From a bacterium (GTDB lineage Bacteria > Krumholzibacteriota > Krumholzibacteriia > LZORAL124-64-63): a stretch of 64,000 nt of DNA. The notes beneath the pieces are model-generated. The model was given only the letters and a program-made list of their open reading frames with translations. It was not told the origin of the DNA and ran no database searches. The position numbers and the translations under genes are program-made. The DNA is taken from NCBI GenBank assembly GCA_031441465.1, contig JANOEP010000066.1, positions 94,132 to 158,131 on the forward strand, in the 5' to 3' direction. This document shows, in pieces, positions 32,611 through 41,827 of this stretch; within the stretch, counting starts at the first letter, position 1, and every line of letters begins with the position of its first letter.

Positions 32611-33795
32611 ATGCCGACCCGTCGCGGCTGCCAGAGAGCGATCCGCGCGAGCGCGTTGTGCGTGTTCGCGCTGTTCGGTTGTGCGGCGGCGGCGGCCCAG
32701 GGCCTCGACGGTCTGCTGTCGGCCGGCTATTGGGTCCCGCAGCCCGGTGAGCGGGTCCAGCTCGCCTTGGACCTCGACGGGCACGGCACCGAATTCCACC
32801 TGCTGCGCCACCACGAGGGCACCTCGATCCTCTTCGCGGTGCGCGACCGCGCCACCGGCCGCGACGTGGCCGTGGTCAAGACCAACTCCCTGAGCACAAA
32901 CGTGAGCGCGGAGATCTACGCCTGGCGGCTGGCGGTCGTGCTGGGCTTTCCCGAGGTGGTCGCGCCCGTCTCGCCCGTCACCCTCTCGGGCCGCTCCCTG
33001 GCCAAGCTGCGCGACCTGCTGGCGGGCGTGTCTTACGGCGCGTCGCGCAAGGAGGACGCGCGGCGCGAGGTCCTGGCCGAACTCGACCGCGTGCTCGCCG
33101 CCGGTCGCGGCCTGCCCGGCGCGATCAAGCCCTGGCTCGACTGCTTCGTCCAGAACCGGCGGCTGGGCTCGCGCGAATCGCTCGCCGATACGGACGCGGC
33201 CGCCTGGCTGCGTGCCGGCGGGCCGCATCCCGACGACGGGATCGTTGCCCTGTCGCAGGCGAGCGACCTGCAGGAGCCGCACGGCATCCACCTCGGGCGC
33301 ATCCCGGCGCGCCGGCTCGCCGCCGACCTCGCGGACATCATGCTGCTGGACGCGCTGATGGGGCAGGACGACCGCTTCGCCGGCGGCAACCTGCACGTCT
33401 GGCGCGACGGCGGCGAGCGCAGGCGAACGGGCGGCGGGCAGGAGATGCCCCTGTGGGATCTGGGTGAGGTGCGGCTGCTGGCGCTGGACAACGGGGCGGC
33501 CCTGCGCCCGGGCCTCAACACGGGGCTGCGGGACCTGCGCGGCGAGATCCACCCGGGCGTGCGCGCCGAGCGCTTCGACCGCGGCGTCGTGGAGCGGTTG
33601 CGGGAGCTGAAGCGTCAGACGGCGGTCGCGGACTCCGCACAGGTCTGGGAGATCCTGGGTCTGGCCGGCAAACGCGCCGACCTGGCGGCGATCCGGCTCG
33701 CCGACGTCCTCGACTACCTCGACGGCCTCGAAGCCGTGCGCGGCGTGGATATCTGGTTGCCGGACGCCGCGGTCAGGGACCGTCGCTGGCCGTGA
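32611..33795 (+). CDS. hypothetical secreted protein with a protein-kinase-like (PI3/PI4-kinase-like) catalytic-loop motif
   Basis: Signal peptide MPTRRGCQRAIRASALCVFALFGCAAAAAQG. Contains VAVVKTN (lysine motif), AEIYAWRLAVVLG and DIMLLDALMGQDDRFAGGNLHVW (a D-R-..-N-..-W loop). Confidence 0.4.
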   Translation: MPTRRGCQRAIRASALCVFALFGCAAAAAQGLDGLLSAGYWVPQPGERVQLALDLDGHGTEFHLLRHHEGTSILFAVRDRATGRDVAVVKTNSLSTNVSAEIYAWRLAVVLGFPEVVAPVSPVTLSGRSLAKLRDLLAGVSYGASRKEDARREVLAELDRVLAAGRGLPGAIKPWLDCFVQNRRLGSRESLADTDAAAWLRAGGPHPDDGIVALSQASDLQEPHGIHLGRIPARRLAADLADIMLLDALMGQDDRFAGGNLHVWRDGGERRRTGGGQEMPLWDLGEVRLLALDNGAALRPGLNTGLRDLRGEIHPGVRAERFDRGVVERLRELKRQTAVADSAQVWEILGLAGKRADLAAIRLADVLDYLDGLEAVRGVDIWLPDAAVRDRRWP

Positions 33796-35857
33796 CCTTG
33801 ATCACGACCGACGGCAGCACGACTCCGGGATGATCCGCGCCGAAGTTCCAGACGACCGACCGCGAGTCGCCGACCGCGACCCCGGACCCCACGTGCCCCG
33901 TCGTCGTGTTCACGACCAGATTCCAGGTAGCTCCCCCATCATCCGAAGCCGCCAGGGTCACGTTCACGGCCGGGCTGTCGGGATCGGCCAGGTCGTAGCT
34001 CACGTCGACCAGGCCCGATCCGTCGGAGCGCTGCGCGAACACGACGTTGCTCGCGAGGGGCGGCTCCGGGCTGCCCGCCACCAGCGAGTAGGCCTGGCTG
34101 CCGCCGCTGAGCGTCCCCTTGTGCCGCACGATGACGCGGTAGGCGCCGGCTTGGACCGCGGCGGTCTCGGCCTTCTCCACGTTGTCGCGCACGTTGTCGC
34201 CGCGGACCGCCCAGGCGCCCGGCGACGCCGGGTTCAGGGTCCAGGGTTGGGTGACCTGGCCGCCGCTCACGCGCTCGAGGCGCAGGTCGAGGTCGTTGAC
34301 CAGCACGAGCTGGGTCGGGTTCAGCGTCCAGGGTTGCACGGGGCCGGGCGGGTCGTTCCAGGCCAGGGTGGCGGTGACCGGCCCGGCGCCGTTGCTCCAG
34401 ATCACGAGCGTGTCGGCCTCGCCCTGGGCCAGCGTCGCTTCGGTGATGCGCGAGGGGAACGCGAGGTCGCCGGCGATCAGCAGGCCGGCGGCTTCGGCGT
34501 CCAGCAGGCCCCAGCCGTAGGAGTAGTCGGGACCCGGCGAGGCGCCGGTCTCGCTCGCGGTGTGAATCGTGACGGCCTTGAGCGTGGCCGAGCGGGCCGT
34601 CTGGCCGCCGTGGACGTCGCGCCAGAGCTGGGCCAGCAGGTGCAGCGAACCGGAAGCGTTGGGGGTCGCCATCGAGGTGCCGCTGTAGCTGGCGTAGCTG
34701 GCGTTGGTCGCGGTGCCGCAGCTGTAGAGCAGGACGCCGTTGGCCACCAGGTCGGGCTTGATGCGTCCGTCGTCGGTGGGACCCCAGCTGCTGAAGGACG
34801 ACATCGTCACGTCGGCGGGCTGGGTCCAGCCGCCCGGCACGTCGAGGATGGCGCCGATGGTCAGGATGTTCTTGCAGGTGCCGCGGTAGGGGATGCAGTC
34901 GAAACCGTCGGCGCCGCCGTCCTGTTCGCGGGTCGCCGTGCTCTGCGCCCAGTCGTCGAGGCCGGGATCCCAGTAGTAGTGCAGGCCGCCGGGGCCGGGC
35001 CCGTAGTTGGCGCGGTCGTTGCCCGCGGCGCAGACGATCAGGTAATTCGGGGCGTCGTGGGCGGTCTGGTCCCACTCCTGCGAGTAGCTGCTGTAGATGC
35101 CGAAGCCGGGGTCCTGCGTCAGGCTGACGTCGACGTCGCCGTACCAGTACCAGGCCGACTGCGAGCTGTTGTAGTACCAGCCCGCGACGAACGAGTAGCT
35201 GTGGTTGGAGATCAGCAGGCCCTGCGCGGCGGCCGCCGCCATCTCGATCTCGTCGTCGGTCCAGTCGTAGCTGTCCAGCCACGCGGCCGGCGACATGCCG
35301 TGCGCCAGGGGATCGACGCCGGTGGCGGCCATCGTGCCGGCCACGTGCGTGGCGTGGTAGTGGACCGACGGGGAGCCGTCCTGCACGACGGCCCGGCCGC
35401 CGAATTCCTGGTGGGAGGTCAGCACGGCGCCGGCGTCCCAGACGGCCAATTCACCGGCCGCGTTGGCGCCGTCGAGGTCCAAACCCGTGGCGCCGCCCGG
35501 CCACAGCCGGTCGGTGCCGACGGTCTGCGCGGCGACGAGGTTCAATGTCTGCAGGAACAGCGGCCGGCCCCGCTCGGTGCCGACCAGCATCAACGAGGTG
35601 TCCCGGTTCAACGCGGCCTGCGGGCCGTCGGTCGCCGCGAGCAACTCGCGGTAGCGCGGCGTGCGCCGCGCCGCGGCGCGGGCCGCCAGGTCGCGGGCCT
35701 GCGCCTGCAGTTCCTTGACGCGGGTGCCGTCCGCGGGGGAGGCGCGGCGGGGAAGCCCACCCTGGCGCGCGGCGCCGGTCAGGAGCGCGGCGGCCGATAG
35801 GGCGGCGGCCAGCAGGGCCAGGATCAGTAGGCCACGGCGGAATTTGCGTGTCGACAT
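33773..35857 (-). CDS. S8-family subtilisin-like serine peptidase
   Basis: Signal peptide MSTRKFRRGLLILALLAAALSAAALL. Contains HGTHVAGT (His) and GTSMATPNASG (Ser) and has C-terminal beta-rich extension domains. Confidence 0.8.
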   Translation of the reverse strand: MSTRKFRRGLLILALLAAALSAAALLTGAARQGGLPRRASPADGTRVKELQAQARDLAARAAARRTPRYRELLAATDGPQAALNRDTSLMLVGTERGRPLFLQTLNLVAAQTVGTDRLWPGGATGLDLDGANAAGELAVWDAGAVLTSHQEFGGRAVVQDGSPSVHYHATHVAGTMAATGVDPLAHGMSPAAWLDSYDWTDDEIEMAAAAAQGLLISNHSYSFVAGWYYNSSQSAWYWYGDVDVSLTQDPGFGIYSSYSQEWDQTAHDAPNYLIVCAAGNDRANYGPGPGGLHYYWDPGLDDWAQSTATREQDGGADGFDCIPYRGTCKNILTIGAILDVPGGWTQPADVTMSSFSSWGPTDDGRIKPDLVANGVLLYSCGTATNASYASYSGTSMATPNASGSLHLLAQLWRDVHGGQTARSATLKAVTIHTASETGASPGPDYSYGWGLLDAEAAGLLIAGDLAFPSRITEATLAQGEADTLVIWSNGAGPVTATLAWNDPPGPVQPWTLNPTQLVLVNDLDLRLERVSGGQVTQPWTLNPASPGAWAVRGDNVRDNVEKAETAAVQAGAYRVIVRHKGTLSGGSQAYSLVAGSPEPPLASNVVFAQRSDGSGLVDVSYDLADPDSPAVNVTLAASDDGGATWNLVVNTTTGHVGSGVAVGDSRSVVWNFGADHPGVVLPSVVIKVTASDGP

Positions 35858-35880
35858 CGCGAGCCTCCTGCTGCTTCCTG

Positions 35881-36651
35881 CTACTTCAAGAGGGTGAGCC
35901 GCGCCGTCAAGGCGTCGCGACGGTCGGCGCCGCGCACGTCCAGGCGCGCGAAGTACGTCCCGCTCGGGGCGGAGCGGCCGTCGGATCCGCGCCCGTCCCA
36001 GGCCGCGGCGTGGCGGCCGGCCGGCCAGTCGCCCTGGGCGAGGGTGGCCATCACGCGCCCGCGCACGTCGAAGACCGTCAGTTCGATCACGGCCGCGGCG
36101 CGCAGGTTGAAGGCCACGGTGGTCCCGGGGTTGAAGGGGTTGGGATGCACCGGGCCGAGGCGGTCGACCGTCACGGTCGGCGGCGTGCCGGTGCCGCTGC
36201 CCTCGATCGCGAACTCCCCGCCCTGGTCGGCGCCGATCCCGCCGAAGCGGTCGACGGCCCCCACCGCCAGCACGGCCGCGGCCGTCGCGTGGTCGGGGAC
36301 GGTCCAGACCCAGGTGTACTGGCCGTCGGGATCGGGCGGTACGAGGGCCTGCGCGAGCACTTCGGCGCCGTCGAACACCGTCACGGTGATCGCCGCCGGT
36401 GCGGCGCCCCAGCTCGATTCGTCGACGCTCCAGCGCAGCGTCTCCTGGGCGGCGGCCTGCAGCGACTCGCCGCCGGCCGGGTACAACACCGACACGAGCG
36501 GCGGGCGGCTGTCCAGGGTGTCGGGCGCGGAGACGGCGCTGCCCGTCGCGGCGGCGGCGGGGCCGGCGGCGACGAGGCTGATGGCGACCAGGACGGCGGC
36601 GGACAAGACGCCGTGCGGCGGCGAAACGCCACGGATCGTTGCGGTACGCAT
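35881..36651 (-). CDS. secreted protein with C-terminal FlgD-Ig / Por-tail-like domain
   Basis: Signal MRTATIRGVSPPHGVLSAAVLVAISLVAAGPAAA. The C-terminus is HPNPFNPGTTVAFNL...VFDVRGRVMATL...WDGRGSDGRSAPSGTYFARL. Confidence 0.6.
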   Translation of the reverse strand: MRTATIRGVSPPHGVLSAAVLVAISLVAAGPAAAATGSAVSAPDTLDSRPPLVSVLYPAGGESLQAAAQETLRWSVDESSWGAAPAAITVTVFDGAEVLAQALVPPDPDGQYTWVWTVPDHATAAAVLAVGAVDRFGGIGADQGGEFAIEGSGTGTPPTVTVDRLGPVHPNPFNPGTTVAFNLRAAAVIELTVFDVRGRVMATLAQGDWPAGRHAAAWDGRGSDGRSAPSGTYFARLDVRGADRRDALTARLTLLK

Positions 36652-36797
36652 GGCTTGCACCTCGGGTTCGGGGGCTCCGGACGGACGCAGCAAGCGCCGC
36701 GCCGGGGCGGCATGGTCAAGATACGGATGTTCTCAGTAGTGGAAAGGAAGGGCCGCCCGCGTGGGCGGCCCGGCAGGGGGCGGCGTCGTCGGCTGGA

Positions 36798-37544
36798 TCA
36801 GTCGATGCCGTAGGTGACGGTGACCACGGCCTTGACGACCTTCTCGATGGTCGAGGTGTCGTAGGTGCCGTAATCGTCGACCATGGTCGAGTTCGCCGGC
36901 GTGATCTGGAAGACGCCCTGGCTCGCCGACTGCAGCTTGCCGGCCTTGCTGCCGCTGTTGCCGGCCAGCATCTCGGCGCGCTCGCGGGCGTTGCGGGTGG
37001 CCTCGCCCAGCAGCTCGAGCTTGAAGGCGTCCAGATGCGCGACGAAGTACTCGGGCTGCCAGGATTCGAAGGCGACCCCGTCCTTGATCAGCTCGGTCGC
37101 GGCGCGCGCCACCGTTTCCACCAGCTTCACGTCGGACGACTCGACGCGCACCTGCTGGCGCAGCACGTAGCCCTCCACGACGTTCGTCATGTGGCCGCCC
37201 TCGGAGACGCGTTGGAGCGTCTCGGTCATCACCGGCTGCAGGACCACGGCGCCCTGCGGCAGGCCGCGGGCGGCGAGGAAGGCCTGCACCCGCGCGCGGT
37301 CGCGTTCGATGCCCCGGTAGGCCTCGGCCAGCGACGAGGCGCGCACCGTGAAGCTGCCCGACCAGGTGGCCAGGTCGGAGGTCACCATGCGCTCTGCGTA
37401 GCCCTTGACGACGATCGCCTGCCCCGAGGGGCGGACGTCGCGCAGGGCGTCCGCGCCGATCCAGGCCGCGACGATCAGTGCGACGGCCAGGAACAGACCC
37501 TGCGGCGCCTGCACCCGCGAAGATTCCCTGACGTGGTCTGCCAT
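36798..37544 (-). CDS. SIMPL-domain (DUF541) protein
   Basis: N-terminal TM followed by a region typical of SIMPL/YggE (VVKGYAERMVTSD...EGYVLRQQVRVES...KLELLGEATRNARERAE...QGVFQITP). Confidence 0.65.
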   Translation of the reverse strand: MADHVRESSRVQAPQGLFLAVALIVAAWIGADALRDVRPSGQAIVVKGYAERMVTSDLATWSGSFTVRASSLAEAYRGIERDRARVQAFLAARGLPQGAVVLQPVMTETLQRVSEGGHMTNVVEGYVLRQQVRVESSDVKLVETVARAATELIKDGVAFESWQPEYFVAHLDAFKLELLGEATRNARERAEMLAGNSGSKAGKLQSASQGVFQITPANSTMVDDYGTYDTSTIEKVVKAVVTVTYGID

Positions 37545-37629
37545 GCTATCTTGCCTCCCGTGCTCCGTGCCGTCCGCGGCCGCATCGGCCCGCGCCGCCG
37601 CCAGGATAGATCGAAAGGGACCGTCACGC

Positions 37630-38457
37630 ATGAGAAATTCGTGGATCGCTGCCGCCGTCCCGGCGGCGCTGCTGCTCGTCGCCGGGACCGTGCGCGGCGA
37701 CAACGGCCACCTGTGGGGCGCCCCCGCCGCGGCGGTGGCGGGTCCCGAGGTGCGCGACCCCTTCTTCGCCTTCTGCGTGGAGCTGGCCGAGGGGGATTCA
37801 TTGGGCGCGTGGTCGGGTTCGGATCTGGCCGCCCGGATCGCCGCGACGGGCCGGCGCAGCCAGCTGCCCGTCGAGACGATCGTGCGCCTCGAGCGCCGCG
37901 AGGTGCCCTTGCCGCTGCAGCCTACGCATCGGGACCGGCGCGCGACCCGGCGGTGGCGCCTCGAACTGGACGCCGACCTCGCGCGGCCCCTGCCCTACAG
38001 CATCCTCGGCTATCATCCCGGCACCCTGCACGTGTCGCGGGTGCTGGAGGCGCTCGAGTGGACCCTGCCGGGCTCGTCGGTGCGGGTCGACGGCCCCGAC
38101 GGTCCCGAACTGCGCGTGGGCGCGATCCACGCCCTGCGCCTCGAGGCCGGGCACGTGATCCTGGACGCCGACGGCCTGGTCGACCGGCTCCTGGGCAAGA
38201 AGCTGGATGACACCTGGACTGAGGCCTTCGTCCTGGCGCGGGTCGAGGGGTCGGACGACCTGCGGGAGAACGGCCTGAACGGCGTCGCCCTGGGCCGTTC
38301 CCGCGGCGGGCGGCCGCTGAGCGGCGCCTTCGATTTCCGTCGCGACGAGGTGCTGCCCAACGGCCGACCCGCCGCCCGCGCGCTCAGCGGACTCAGCCGG
38401 CCCTTCGTGGCGCCCTACGAGCGGCCCGATCCGCGAGCCTGGACCTGGCAGCCATGA
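37630..38457 (+). CDS. hypothetical secreted protein
   Basis: ATG at 37630 with signal MRNSWIAAAVPAALLLVAGTVRG. No recognised domain. Confidence 0.4.
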   Translation: MRNSWIAAAVPAALLLVAGTVRGDNGHLWGAPAAAVAGPEVRDPFFAFCVELAEGDSLGAWSGSDLAARIAATGRRSQLPVETIVRLERREVPLPLQPTHRDRRATRRWRLELDADLARPLPYSILGYHPGTLHVSRVLEALEWTLPGSSVRVDGPDGPELRVGAIHALRLEAGHVILDADGLVDRLLGKKLDDTWTEAFVLARVEGSDDLRENGLNGVALGRSRGGRPLSGAFDFRRDEVLPNGRPAARALSGLSRPFVAPYERPDPRAWTWQP

Positions 38458-38506
38458 ACGGGCGACGCGGGTGACAGGCCCCGGTCGCGGTGCTATCTTC
38501 CCCCGC

Positions 38507-39409
38507 ATGTGCGCTCAGGAACGACAGGATCGCTGGCTGGTGGCCCTCGACGTCGACGGCACGCTGCTGAACACCGAGTTCGAGGACGTGGTCCACGCCC
38601 GCGAGCAGGCGGCCATCCGCAGCCTGCGGGCGGCCGGCCACGTGCTGGCGCTTTGCACCGGCCGCAACCGGCGCTCGGCGGCCGATGTGGTTCGCAGCGC
38701 CGGCGGGGCGTTGGACGGCGTGCCGCAGGTGCTGCTCAACGGTGCGCTGGTGCTGTGCGGCGATCCGCCGCGCCTGCTGCGCCACGCCGGCCTCGAGCGC
38801 GGGCAACTGCGCCGCGTGGTCGAACTGTTCCGCGCTGCGGGCGCGTTGCCGATGATCTTCGGCACCGAGGAGGACGGCGGCGACCTGCTGACCGAAAACA
38901 TCGAACCCAACGGCGTCCTGGGCACCTACCTGGCGCGGCGGCGGGACCGCGTCGGCGCGATCCGCATGGTCGACGACCTGAGCGCGCACCTGCCCGAGTC
39001 CGCGCTGGAGATCGGCACCATCGACCGCCTTGAGGTGGCGACGCCCCTGGCCGCGGCGATCCGCGCCGAGATGGGCGACAGCGTGCGGGTGGTCCTGACC
39101 GAGTCCCTGCTGGAGCGGGGATCCTACCTGTGGGTCGAGGTGTATCAAGCGGATAGCGGCAAGGGGGCGGGCCTGACGCTCCTGGCCGAGGCCCTGGGCG
39201 TGCCGCGCGAGCGCACGCTGGCCGTCGGCGACAACTACAACGACCTGGACATGTTCTTGGCGGCGGGCCACAGCGTCGCCATGGGCAACGCGCCGCCCGA
39301 GGTGCGCGCGGCCGCCGACCGCACGGCGCCGCACGTCGCCGACCACGGCGCCGCGGTGATCTGCGAAGAGATCGCCGCCGGCAGGTACCCGGACGCGAAG
39401 GGGCGGTGA
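38507..39409 (+). CDS. Cof-type HAD-IIB family hydrolase
   Basis: LVALDVDGTLL (motif I), the cap region, and VGDNYNDLDMF (motif IV). Confidence 0.75.
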   Translation: MCAQERQDRWLVALDVDGTLLNTEFEDVVHAREQAAIRSLRAAGHVLALCTGRNRRSAADVVRSAGGALDGVPQVLLNGALVLCGDPPRLLRHAGLERGQLRRVVELFRAAGALPMIFGTEEDGGDLLTENIEPNGVLGTYLARRRDRVGAIRMVDDLSAHLPESALEIGTIDRLEVATPLAAAIRAEMGDSVRVVLTESLLERGSYLWVEVYQADSGKGAGLTLLAEALGVPRERTLAVGDNYNDLDMFLAAGHSVAMGNAPPEVRAAADRTAPHVADHGAAVICEEIAAGRYPDAKGR

Positions 39410-40956
39410 TGGCGGGACGCGGGGACGACTGGCTGCAGGACGGGGCCGGCGGCGACTGGCAGGACGGCGACTGGAACGACGAGGAGTTCCGCCGCGTCGG
39501 CTACGCCTTCGTCGACCTCATGGCCGAGTACCTGCAGGGACTGGAGGGCCGCCGCGTCTACGGGCCGGTCTCGCCCGCGGGCCTCGACGACCTGTTCGCC
39601 GAGGACCTGCCCGAGGAGGGCGCGTCCAGCGCCGACCTGCTGACCGAGTGCCGCGCCAAGATCTTCCCCAACTCGATGGCCATCGGCAGCCGCCGCTACT
39701 TCGGCATGATGAACCCCGCGCCCCTGCCGGTGGCCGTGTTCGCCGACGCGCTGGCCTCGGCCATGAACCAGAACGCCGCCTCCTGGCGCAACGCGCCGGC
39801 GGCGACGGCCGTGGAGAAGCGGGTCGTGCGCTGGCTTTGCTCGCTGTTCGGTCTGGGAGACGCGGCCTTCGGCACCCTGGTGCCGGGCGGCTCCTTCGCC
39901 AACATCACCGGCCTGAAGCTGGCGATGAACCGTTCGCTGGGACGCAACCTCGAGACCTGGGACCCCGAGGAGGCGCCGCACCTGGCTGCCACGGCGAAGC
40001 TGCGGTTCTACGTCTCCAAGCAGGCCCACTACTCGTTCCGCAAGGCGATCGACCTGCTGGGGCTCGGCCACGGCCAGCTCTGCAAGATCCCCGTGGACGA
40101 GCTGTTCCGCATCGACCTCGCGGCGCTCGAGGTCAAGCTGCGCGCCGACCGCGCGGCGGGCCTGGTCCCCTGCTGCATCATCGGCATCGCCGGCACGACC
40201 AACACCGGCAGCATCGACAAGCTCGACAAGCTGGCCGATCTGGCCGCGGCGCACGGCTGCTGGTACCACGTCGACGCCGCCTACGGCGGCGCGGTCATGC
40301 TCAGCGATAAGTACCGGCCCATGCTCAAGGGGATCGAGCGCGCCGACTCGATCACCGTCGACCCGCACAAGTGGTTCTACGTGCCCTTCGAAGCCGGCGG
40401 CATCCTGGTGCGCGACGGCGACCTGCTGCGCGAGACCTTCCTGGTGCGCCCCGAGTACTACATGGAGAAGCGCGGCGAAGGCGCCGCGGCGCAGCCCGAC
40501 CCCCGCAGCTTCCACATGGGGGAGCGGGTGAACTTCTTCCAGTACGGCCTGCACGGCAGCCGCCGCTTCAACGCGCTGAAATTGTGGCTGGCGATGAAGA
40601 GCGTGGGTCGGCGCCGCTTCGCGGCCTGGGTGGAGAAGGACATCGAGCTGGCCCGGGTCCTGGCCGGCCTGCTGCAGCACGCGCCCGAGTTCCGCCTGAT
40701 CGGGCCCAACACCCTGGGGATCTGCACCTTCCGCTGGGAGCCCAACGGCGCCCCGCGCACGCCCGAGCAGGTCGACCAGCTCAACCGCGACCTGCAGGAA
40801 CTGGTCGAGCGTGAGGGCGACGCCTGGTTCAGCCACACCATCCTGAACGGGCGCGTGGCCTTGCGCGTCAACTTCGAGAACCGCCAGATGCGCCGCGAGG
40901 ACGTGCTGCGCCTGCTGTCCGTGCTGCGCCGCGCGGCCGACCGGCTGCGACCCTGA
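39406..40956 (+). CDS. PLP-dependent group II decarboxylase (aromatic-L-amino-acid / Glu decarboxylase family)
   Basis: 516 aa. DPHKWFYVPFEAG carries the PLP-Lys, together with GSFANITGL and CIIGIAGTTNTGSID. Overlaps the HAD stop. Confidence 0.75.
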   Translation: MMAGRGDDWLQDGAGGDWQDGDWNDEEFRRVGYAFVDLMAEYLQGLEGRRVYGPVSPAGLDDLFAEDLPEEGASSADLLTECRAKIFPNSMAIGSRRYFGMMNPAPLPVAVFADALASAMNQNAASWRNAPAATAVEKRVVRWLCSLFGLGDAAFGTLVPGGSFANITGLKLAMNRSLGRNLETWDPEEAPHLAATAKLRFYVSKQAHYSFRKAIDLLGLGHGQLCKIPVDELFRIDLAALEVKLRADRAAGLVPCCIIGIAGTTNTGSIDKLDKLADLAAAHGCWYHVDAAYGGAVMLSDKYRPMLKGIERADSITVDPHKWFYVPFEAGGILVRDGDLLRETFLVRPEYYMEKRGEGAAAQPDPRSFHMGERVNFFQYGLHGSRRFNALKLWLAMKSVGRRRFAAWVEKDIELARVLAGLLQHAPEFRLIGPNTLGICTFRWEPNGAPRTPEQVDQLNRDLQELVEREGDAWFSHTILNGRVALRVNFENRQMRREDVLRLLSVLRRAADRLRP

Positions 40957-40972
40957 ACCTGAGGAGAACGAG

Positions 40973-41440
40973 ATGCTGCGACGCCTGTTGCCGATGTTCG
41001 CCCTGTTGCTGATCGCCGCCTTCGCGTCGGCCCAGGGTCTGCGCGACTCCGGGTCGGTGGTCAAGATGACGGTGCAGCCCAAGTCCGTGATCGCCGCGGT
41101 GGGAGATCAGGTCTCCTGGACCGTGACCCTGGACATCGACCAGGACTGGCACCTCTACGCGCACGGCGACCCCAAGTACTACGGCATCGCCGTCACCGGC
41201 CTCGACAGCCTGCCGCTGGTCGGCGCCGAGGTGGCGTACCCGGCCGGGAAGAAGGGCAAGTTCCTGGACGAGACGGTGCAGCTGCTCGAGGGACGCCAGA
41301 CGCTGACCGTCAGCGGCTTCCTCGCCGCCGAGCCGGCGGGGCCGATGCTGCTGGAACTGGAGCTGCAGGCCTGCGACCGGAAATCCTGCCTCGCGCCGGC
41401 CTTCGTGCCGATCCAGCTCGTCGTCGAGCCGAAGCGATGA
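40973..41440 (+). CDS. hypothetical periplasmic protein, DsbD N-terminal-domain-like (tentative)
   Basis: Signal MLRRLLPMFALLLIAAFASAQG followed by a beta-rich region with a Cys pair (QACDRKSC). The family assignment is weak. Confidence 0.35.
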   Translation: MLRRLLPMFALLLIAAFASAQGLRDSGSVVKMTVQPKSVIAAVGDQVSWTVTLDIDQDWHLYAHGDPKYYGIAVTGLDSLPLVGAEVAYPAGKKGKFLDETVQLLEGRQTLTVSGFLAAEPAGPMLLELELQACDRKSCLAPAFVPIQLVVEPKR

Positions 41441-41805
41441 ACGGACCGCGCATCCTGCTGGTCGAGGACGACCCGGACAACCGCCGCCTTCTGCAGACCA
41501 TGCTGCTGAAGCTGGGCTGCGCCGTCGACGCGGTGGCCGACGGGGAGTCGGCCTTGTCGGCGCTGTCCGGCAGCTCCTACGCCTGCGTCCTGATGGACGT
41601 GCAGCTGCCGGGCATCGACGGCCTGGAGACCACGCGCCGGCTGCGCGAGCGCGGGCTGACCGGCTTGCCCGTGATCGCGGTGACCGCCCACGCCATGCAG
41701 GGCGACCGGGAGCGCTGCCTGAAAGCCGGCATGAACGCCTACCTGACCAAGCCGCTCACGATGGAGATGCTGGGAAAGGCCTTGCGGGAGATCGGAGTGG
41801 GATGA
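41437..41805 (+). CDS. response regulator receiver protein (stand-alone CheY-like)
   Basis: ILLVEDDPDNRRL...CVLMDVQLPGIDG...AVTAHAM...KP. The ATGA overlap with the upstream gene indicates translational coupling. Confidence 0.8.
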   Translation: MNGPRILLVEDDPDNRRLLQTMLLKLGCAVDAVADGESALSALSGSSYACVLMDVQLPGIDGLETTRRLRERGLTGLPVIAVTAHAMQGDRERCLKAGMNAYLTKPLTMEMLGKALREIGVG

Positions 41806-41827
41806 GCCGGAGCCGCGACCCGGTTCC

